From a virus: a DNA stretch of 41,173 nucleotides. This document shows, in pieces, positions 36,378 to 41,173 of the stretch. How positions within the stretch are numbered: position 1 is the stretch's first letter; each line of letters opens with the position of its first letter. The notes under the pieces were generated by a model, which ran no database searches, was not told the origin of the DNA, and saw only the letters and a list, made by a program, of their open reading frames with translations. A program made the translations under genes and the position numbers. The stretch lies in the IMG/VR virus record IMGVR_UViG_3300029743_000012, positions 1 through 41,173 of that record; one strand, given 5' to 3'.

Positions 36378-37293
36378 CGGCGACCTCGAATTTTCCGGTT
36401 TCCTTGTTGTATCTTGCTTTTAAGGCAGCAGCTTTTTCTTTCAGCATTTTGTTGGCAAAAATCTGACTGTCCCAGATAACCTGAAGGCCGCGGATTTCTC
36501 CATAAACTTCGTTTAAGCCGGTAATGTCTTTTATCTCTCCGACTTTTGTTTCGATGACATTTTTCAAGCTTTCATAATCTGCCAGAAGTTCTGCTTCCTG
36601 CCGGCGTTTTTCAGCGACGGCAGCGACAATTTTATCTTGGAAAAAAGTATTGCCGGAAGCCGTATCCGGGACTTCAATCACCGGCGGGAGATTAAGAGCG
36701 TTTTTGGCGTAATATTTTTCGTTAGGCGTAAAAGAAACGGTGCGTTTATTGCCTTTCATTTCCATGTAACCCATCAAATCCAGTTCTTTAACAATATCCT
36801 TGCCGGAAGAACCGGAAACATCAGGGCGAACAAAACGGATGTCGCCGTCCTTGTCTTCTTTTTCGTGGGCAACAAAGATAACCGATTTGTTGGAATTAAA
36901 AATCTGTTTAACCAAAGCCGCAAACTGAATTTTAATCGCACCCCATGCTTTCATTGACAAGGTTCCGTCCCCTTGCTTGAACTTCGGGTTTTGGCGGGCA
37001 ACGAAGTCCCCCATACGGTCAACCAGCTTGCCGAGGGTATCAATGACGATCGTATTAAACGGACGCAGTTCATCTGAATTTATCAAGTCTAAAATCTGTT
37101 GATAATTCTCAACTTGAAGAGAAGGGCATTGAAAACGCTTTTCCACGCGATAAAGTCCGCGGTCAAGGTCAATCAGAACCGGCTTGTCGACAGACAGGGC
37201 AAGCGTTGTTTTGCCGGTGCCCGGCTGTCCGTAGATCAGGCAGCTTATCGGTTGGTTATGTTTCAATTCTGACGGTTGTGTAAGTAATGACAT
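36370..37293 (-). CDS. Sak4-like (AAA_24) RecA-fold ATPase, phage recombination
   Basis: Walker A motif YGQPGTGKTTLA, followed by DLDRG. Confidence 0.7.
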   Translation of the reverse strand: MSLLTQPSELKHNQPISCLIYGQPGTGKTTLALSVDKPVLIDLDRGLYRVEKRFQCPSLQVENYQQILDLINSDELRPFNTIVIDTLGKLVDRMGDFVARQNPKFKQGDGTLSMKAWGAIKIQFAALVKQIFNSNKSVIFVAHEKEDKDGDIRFVRPDVSGSSGKDIVKELDLMGYMEMKGNKRTVSFTPNEKYYAKNALNLPPVIEVPDTASGNTFFQDKIVAAVAEKRRQEAELLADYESLKNVIETKVGEIKDITGLNEVYGEIRGLQVIWDSQIFANKMLKEKAAALKARYNKETGKFEVADE

Positions 37294-37312
37294 TTTTGTT
37301 TCCTTTCCTTTT

Positions 37313-37465
37313 TTATAAAATTAACATAGCGGCAAGGCTTAGTCCGAGAGCAAAAGCGATAGTAATATCGCCGGCATTAAGCTTGCGGGCAGGGGCTTGG
37401 TAATTTGCCCCGAAGCGGGCTTCCAGCCAGTCCATTTCCGCGTCTGTTAAAATTCTATTCGTCAT
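37313..37465 (-). CDS. Small membrane protein (50 aa)
   Basis: MTNRILTDAEMDWLEARFG...ITIAFALGLSLAAMLIL. Its ATG overlaps the upstream stop. Confidence 0.35.
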   Translation of the reverse strand: MTNRILTDAEMDWLEARFGANYQAPARKLNAGDITIAFALGLSLAAMLIL

Positions 37466-37601
37466 CGTCTTCGTCCTTTTCAAAAAAGTAGTTTTCTTCC
37501 AACTCCGCGAGGCGCTGTTGCCTTGCTTTTTCCCTTTTGATAAAACTGTCTGCAGCGGTAAAAAATTCGGTGATGAAATTATCTTGTTCAAAAACGCCCA
37601 T
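37455..37601 (-). CDS. Small acidic protein (48 aa)
   Basis: AAGGGGAGAG RBS. Translation MGVFEQDNFITEFFTAADSFIKREKARQQRLAELEENYFFEKDEDDDE. Confidence 0.35.
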   Translation of the reverse strand: MGVFEQDNFITEFFTAADSFIKREKARQQRLAELEENYFFEKDEDDDE

Positions 37602-37620
37602 TGTTTTTCTCTCCCCTTAA

Positions 37621-37854
37621 TTAGGCCGCCAGCCACTTGTCGCAGCCGTTTGATACGGTTTGCCGTGCGTTCAAAATCTCAATGTCAAAATCCGGGTCGT
37701 CTGCATCAATTTCTAACTTTTCCGCAAGTTCCAAATCGTCCATGTTGTCGATGTGTTCTTTGAAGCTGCAAACCAGATTGATCTTGTCCAAATAGGTTGT
37801 TTTTTCCTCATAGTCCCAAAACAGGCGATCCAGCTTTTCTTTGAGATTTTTCAT
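37621..37854 (-). CDS. Hypothetical acidic protein, first gene of the leftward operon
   Basis: The ATG follows a GAGG RBS and lies downstream of a TTGACA-containing leftward promoter. Confidence 0.45.
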   Translation of the reverse strand: MKNLKEKLDRLFWDYEEKTTYLDKINLVCSFKEHIDNMDDLELAEKLEIDADDPDFDIEILNARQTVSNGCDKWLAA

Positions 37855-37892
37855 TTTTTTTGACCTCGTTTGTTATCTTATAAAAATAAATT

Positions 37893-37910
37893 AAAACAAA
37901 AATTGTTATA
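37893..37910. promoter_or_regulatory. Operator-like 18-bp element AAAACAAAAATTGTTATA, copy 1. It overlaps the leftward promoter. Its arms AACAA/TTGTT form an inverted repeat.
   Basis: Identical copy at 38088..38105. Extra ATAACAAA half-site-like motifs at 37925..37932 and 37946..37953. Confidence 0.45.
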
Positions 37911-38050
37911 TGTCAACACAAGAATAACAAAAAATGTTTTTAGTGTATAAAAAATAACAAATTTTGCACTAACGCTATGAAAACAAACGATATTTTTTTG
38001 AGTTGAGTTTCAGAACAGGGGTGAAAAATCGGAAAAAGGCAAAAAAAAAT

Positions 38051-38077
38051 ACCGCCCGAAGGCGGTTTGTTGTTTTG
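38051..38077. terminator. Bidirectional terminator-like hairpin. Stem ACCGCC, loop CGAA, stem GGCGGT, with A-run and T-run flanks.
   Basis: Read directly. Confidence 0.4.
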
Positions 38078-38081
38078 CTCT

Positions 38082-38110
38082 TGACTAAAAACAAAAATTG
38101 TTATATTTTC
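38082..38110 (+). promoter_or_regulatory. Rightward promoter. TTGACT is followed by operator copy 2 and a TATATT/ATATTT -10 element.
   Basis: Read directly. The operator copy lies at 38088..38105. Confidence 0.45.
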
Positions 38111-38126
38111 TTCGCAGGAGGATAAG

Positions 38127-38345
38127 ATGACACTTAAAGAATATTTGCAGAAACAAAATAAAAATATGTACGAAGCGGCGCGAGAGCTTAATTTTCACCC
38201 AAATGATGTGCGGCGATATGCTATCGGAGAAATTATTCCCCGTGCTGAGCGGGTAAAGAAAATTTATGAATGGAGTGGCGGACTGGTTACCGCCAACGAT
38301 TTCTACTTTTCCAACGAAAACGGGGGAGCGAAAGAAAAAATATGA
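38127..38345 (+). CDS. Cro/YdaS-like HTH regulator
   Basis: YEAARELNFHPNDVRRYAIGEIIPRAERVKKIYEWSGGLVTANDFY fits the YdaS/Cro-like pattern. The GGAGG RBS has its last G at the ATG. Confidence 0.55.
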   Translation: MTLKEYLQKQNKNMYEAARELNFHPNDVRRYAIGEIIPRAERVKKIYEWSGGLVTANDFYFSNENGGAKEKI

Positions 38346-39679
38346 AACAATACGGAATGCCATACATGGGAAGCAAATCAAAGATTGCCGAAGATATTGT
38401 GGAATTTTTGCCAAGTGGCAAACGTTTTGTCGACCTTTTCGGCGGGGGCGGGGCTATGAGCCATTGCGCCGCTTTGTCCGGAAAATATGAAACGGTTTAT
38501 TATAATGAAATAAACCCGCTTGTTGTTGATTGTTTCTGTAAAGCGATTGCCGGGGAATATAAAAACGAAACGCGGTGGATAAGCCGTGAGGACTTTAAAA
38601 ACCTTAAAAATGTTGACGGATATGTAAAGCTCTGCTGGAGCTTTGGGAATAAAGGGGATTGCTATCTTTATGCGAAAGAAATTGAGCCCTGGAAAAAAGC
38701 TTTACACTATGCCCGAGTTTTAGGCGATTGCAGCCTATTAAAAGAATTTGGCATTGATTCAAACGGCAGCAGGCAGGATATAAAAACCAACAAAGATGAA
38801 TACAAAGAAAAATATATAAAATGGTATTTGAAAAATATATGCCTATCAGATGCCGATTTTAACTGCCTTAAAAACGATTTGGATAAAAAGATAAAAGACC
38901 AGAAAGAAGAACTGCGGCAATATTTGTGCAACGCGTTGAAAGAATCGGGCTTAACGGCGGCGGAAGTTGACCGGCGGTTAAACACACAGATGTCCAAGCA
39001 TTACTTCGGGCGTTCGCAGTGGGCGTTTCCTACCCGTGAAGAATATAATAAAATGCGCGCTTTTATGCCGCTTAAGCCTTATGACGAGGTTTACGGTTAT
39101 CAAGAGTTGCTGGAAAGTCTGCAAAGTCTGCAAAGGCTGGAAAGGCTGGAAAGGCAGCAAAGTCTGGAAAGGCTGCAAAAAAGTCTGGAAAGTCTGGAAA
39201 GGCTGGAAAGTCTGCAAAGTCTGCAAAGGCTGGAAAGGCTGCAAAGTCTGGAAAGGCTGGCTAACTTTGGAAAGATACAAATAAATTGCGGCTCTTATTG
39301 GGATTATGAGTATAAGGACGGCGACGTTGTTTACTGCGACCCTCCGTACGAGGGAACAGCCGGTTATAATGAAAATGTTATGATCAGAATTGAAAAATAT
39401 TTTGGTGAGAATGGAAGACTATATTTTTCTAAACAAAAAGCAGCCGCTTTCGATTCAAAGGCTTTTTACAACTGGGTCGCCGCCGCTCCATTTCCGGTTT
39501 ATTTTTCAAGCTACGAAATAAGCGATAGCCGTTTTTATCCGCTTTGGCAAAAAGAGAAAGCGCAGCTCTTAAGCGGACAAGGGAGTGGTAAAAAGAAGCT
39601 GGAAATAATCTATTCAAACCACCCTTGTCCCCCGTGTGGAACGGTGCAAATGATGTTATTCCCGGAGGCCGCGCAATGA
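38342..39679 (+). CDS. Dam-type (D12 class) N6-adenine DNA methyltransferase carrying an in-frame 9-bp tandem-repeat insertion
   Basis: Motif I MPYMGSKSKIAEDIVEFLP...FVDLFGGGGA. Motif IV VYCDPPY. About 17 copies of CTG[G/C]AAAG[G/T] at 39108..39263 encode the LES/LQS/LER/LQR tract. Confidence 0.7.
   Translation: MKQYGMPYMGSKSKIAEDIVEFLPSGKRFVDLFGGGGAMSHCAALSGKYETVYYNEINPLVVDCFCKAIAGEYKNETRWISREDFKNLKNVDGYVKLCWSFGNKGDCYLYAKEIEPWKKALHYARVLGDCSLLKEFGIDSNGSRQDIKTNKDEYKEKYIKWYLKNICLSDADFNCLKNDLDKKIKDQKEELRQYLCNALKESGLTAAEVDRRLNTQMSKHYFGRSQWAFPTREEYNKMRAFMPLKPYDEVYGYQELLESLQSLQRLERLERQQSLERLQKSLESLERLESLQSLQRLERLQSLERLANFGKIQINCGSYWDYEYKDGDVVYCDPPYEGTAGYNENVMIRIEKYFGENGRLYFSKQKAAAFDSKAFYNWVAAAPFPVYFSSYEISDSRFYPLWQKEKAQLLSGQGSGKKKLEIIYSNHPCPPCGTVQMMLFPEAAQ
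39108..39263 (+). repeat. 9-bp tandem repeat tract (~17 units of CTGGAAAGG / CTGCAAAGT) inside the methyltransferase gene
   Basis: Read directly. The frame is preserved because the unit is a multiple of 3. Confidence 0.85.
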
Positions 39680-40035
39680 CAGAACACACGCTGCAATCGC
39701 AAATTGTCCGTATTCTCCGGGGTGCCGGTTTTATCACCATCGACGGCGACGTGATGTCTGCACTCAGGTATCTGCCGGCGCGTGACAACCGGCGGTTTCT
39801 TTTCATCAACCAGCACAATCAAATGGGCTATACCAAAGGACAGCCGGACTTGATTGTCTTGCTGCCCAAAGGGCGTGTTTTGCTCGTTGAGATGAAAAAC
39901 GGCAAACTCGGACGGCAGCGTTTGGAACAAAAGAAATTTCAAACCGAAACGGAAGCGCTGGGGCACGATTACCGCGTCTGGCGTTCGGTTGAGGATGCCG
40001 TTGCCTTTGTCAGAGAAGAAAGGGGTAAATTGTGA
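39676..40035 (+). CDS. VRR-NUC domain nuclease
   Basis: GQPDLIVLLPKGRVLLVEMKNGKGKL...RQRLEQKKF fits the VRR-NUC pattern. ATGA overlap with the methyltransferase stop. Confidence 0.55.
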   Translation: MTEHTLQSQIVRILRGAGFITIDGDVMSALRYLPARDNRRFLFINQHNQMGYTKGQPDLIVLLPKGRVLLVEMKNGKLGRQRLEQKKFQTETEALGHDYRVWRSVEDAVAFVREERGKL

Positions 40036-40241
40036 ATCAGGCGGAAAAATTATTCGGGAAAAGTAAAACCGACAAATGGGTGAGGGAAGCCCTAAAGCAG
40101 CACCCGCTGATGACGGACGAGCAGCTTCTGAAATTTGAAAAAGCCGTATTGGAGATTGCCGCTCATGAGCGTGGCAATCGAAAAAAAGCGCAAGAACTTT
40201 TAGTGCGAATTGTGGCTGAAAAGATAGAAAGGGGAATATGA
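40032..40241 (+). CDS. Hypothetical protein (69 aa)
   Basis: Coupled ORF. Confidence 0.4.
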   Translation: MNQAEKLFGKSKTDKWVREALKQHPLMTDEQLLKFEKAVLEIAAHERGNRKKAQELLVRIVAEKIERGI

Positions 40242-40549
40242 TGAAAAAGTGCAGCGCATGTGGCATGGCAAAAGATGAAAGCTGTTTTGCAAGTAAAAAT
40301 CACTACTGCCGAAATTGTCAGGCAGAGATGTATAAGTTGGGCTTAAAAGCGACGGAATACCGAACATATCTGACTAAACAGCCAAAAATTGAGAACACCT
40401 GCGGCGGGATTGTTGCCCGCTGGGTGAAGTATACCAAGCCGGGGGAAAGCAAGTGGAGCATTGAGAACACGGTAACCGACTCGCACCGGTTCGGCGACGA
40501 TAAACAGGAATTTTTGAGCGTTTTGAAAAATCAACTGGCAGGGGAGTAG
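40238..40549 (+). CDS. Hypothetical Cys-rich (zinc-finger-like) protein
   Basis: CSACG...CRNC motifs. Confidence 0.4.
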   Translation: MMKKCSACGMAKDESCFASKNHYCRNCQAEMYKLGLKATEYRTYLTKQPKIENTCGGIVARWVKYTKPGESKWSIENTVTDSHRFGDDKQEFLSVLKNQLAGE

Positions 40550-40554
40550 GGAAG

Positions 40555-40788
40555 ATGAGATACGATAAAGCACTTTGGGATATATTAAAGGAAATTGATG
40601 ATATTGAAGACCCAACTTTTGAATTTCTTGCAAGTTGTTTTTCTTACTGCTTAGCGAAAGGTGGACTTACAGATAAGCAAGCCAAGATAATTGATAAATA
40701 TATTGATAAGTATCGTTATCTTTGGTCTGAGTCTAATAAAAACGAACTAAAATTAATTGAAGGAGGTAAAAATGCAGCCATCAATTAG
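40555..40788 (+). CDS. Hypothetical protein (77 aa)
   Basis: ORF. Its end overlaps the start of the rep gene. Confidence 0.4.
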   Translation: MRYDKALWDILKEIDDIEDPTFEFLASCFSYCLAKGGLTDKQAKIIDKYIDKYRYLWSESNKNELKLIEGGKNAAIN

Positions 40789-41173
40789 TTTTGGTATCAA
40801 TGATTGGCGAAATCAGCTGCTTGACCTTGACTGTACTTGTCAAGTTAAGTGTATAGCTTATACGTTATCTATGCATTGGAGAGAAGGGAAACGTTGTTAT
40901 CCTTCTCAAAGAGTTCTCGCCGAGGAGGCTGGGGTTGACCCGAAGACAGTTCGAAAAGCTCTTAATTTTCTGGAAGAAGTCGGACTGATTAAAAGAAAAA
41001 AGCTTAAAATAAAAGCTCTTTCTTTTGATCTGTGCGAATATGAGTTTTTCGGTGTGGACACTGAGGGAAACACTGAGGGAAACACTGAGGGAAACACTGA
41101 GGGAAACACTGAGGGAAACACTGAGGGAAACACTGGGGGAAACACTGGGGGAAACACTGGGGGAAACACTGGG
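40772..41173 (+). CDS. Replication initiator protein, N-terminal part, with a winged-helix-like DNA-binding region. It runs into the iteron array and continues at 1..396.
   Basis: GGAGG RBS 5 nt before the ATG. YPSQRVLAEEAGVDPKTVRKALNFLEEVGLI is HTH/winged-helix-like. The ORF is open to the last base of the window on a complete codon. Confidence 0.5.
   Translation, partial: MQPSISFGINDWRNQLLDLDCTCQVKCIAYTLSMHWREGKRCYPSQRVLAEEAGVDPKTVRKALNFLEEVGLIKRKKLKIKALSFDLCEYEFFGVDTEGNTEGNTEGNTEGNTEGNTEGNTGGNTGGNTGGNTG
41066..41173. repeat. 12-bp tandem repeat array, iteron-like: 5 copies of GGAAACACTGAG followed by 4 copies of GGAAACACTGGG, in phase with the array at 1..72
   Basis: Read directly. It encodes the TEGN/TGGN repeat within the rep ORF. 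Confidence 0.85.

Noticed and set aside
38978-39284. ORFs on both strands with FQTLQPFQ.../WKGWKGSKVWKG... translations
   Set aside because: These are alternate-frame readings of the 9-bp tandem repeat inside the Dam methyltransferase gene.
40906-41169. Minus-strand ORF translating to MFPPVFPPVFPPVFPSVFPSV...
   Set aside because: It is an artefact of reading the 12-bp iteron array on the opposite strand. It has no RBS, and the plus-strand rep ORF explains the region.
1-41173. Searched by eye for tRNA genes, integrase/recombinase motifs, and Neisseria DUS or Pasteurellaceae USS uptake sequences
   Set aside because: I noticed no T-loop GTTCRANYC contexts and no R..HxxR..Y integrase pattern in any long ORF. 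No DUS/USS matches were noticed either. Covariance-model scans would be needed for tRNA, so this is not conclusive.

Overview
This window reads as a complete, circularly permuted ~41 kb tailed-phage genome. Both ends consist of the same 12-bp tandem repeat, and one ORF runs in frame across the window boundary. The sequence is about 50% GC, with AT-rich islands.

Modules in order:
- Replication (40772 -> wrap -> 2646): an initiator whose own coding sequence contains the iteron-like 12-bp repeats, a DnaB-type helicase, and a DnaA-domain-IV-like protein.
- A leftward two-gene HTH cassette (2663..3441).
- A regulatory region with two distinct palindromes, followed by a structured cos/pac-like region (3442..3905).
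- Packaging and head: terS, terL, a portal with a long C-terminal extension, a MuF-like protein, a scaffold-like protein and the major capsid protein.
- Head-tail joining genes, then a contractile tail of PBSX/Xkd-like layout: sheath, tube, chaperone with a possible -1 frameshift, tape measure, baseplate (J-like and gp25/W-like), a tail fibre with a collar domain, and a tail fibre assembly protein.
- Lysis: a SleB-family endolysin, membrane proteins, and i-/o-spanins. The spanin pair is split by an AT-rich HNH endonuclease insertion.
- A leftward early/accessory block (29904..37854). It holds a Sak4-like ATPase, a PD-(D/E)xK nuclease, a NinB-like protein, an SSB-like protein, a C5 cytosine methyltransferase, two DUF2829/Tad2-like paralogs, two CxxC zinc-ribbon paralogs, a tiny secreted-peptide gene and a frameshifted lipoprotein gene.
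- A rightward block (38127..40788): a Cro/YdaS-like regulator, a Dam-type N6-adenine methyltransferase carrying an in-frame 9-bp tandem-repeat tract, and a VRR-NUC nuclease.

An AT-rich moron between the tail chaperone and the tape measure carries its own promoter and terminator. It encodes a Panacea-domain (PanA-like) protein plus a PemK/MazF-like toxin candidate.

I recognised no integrase, transposase, partition genes or tRNAs. Spanins and lipoproteins point to a Gram-negative host. All functional calls rest on motif recognition in the translated ORFs, with no database search.
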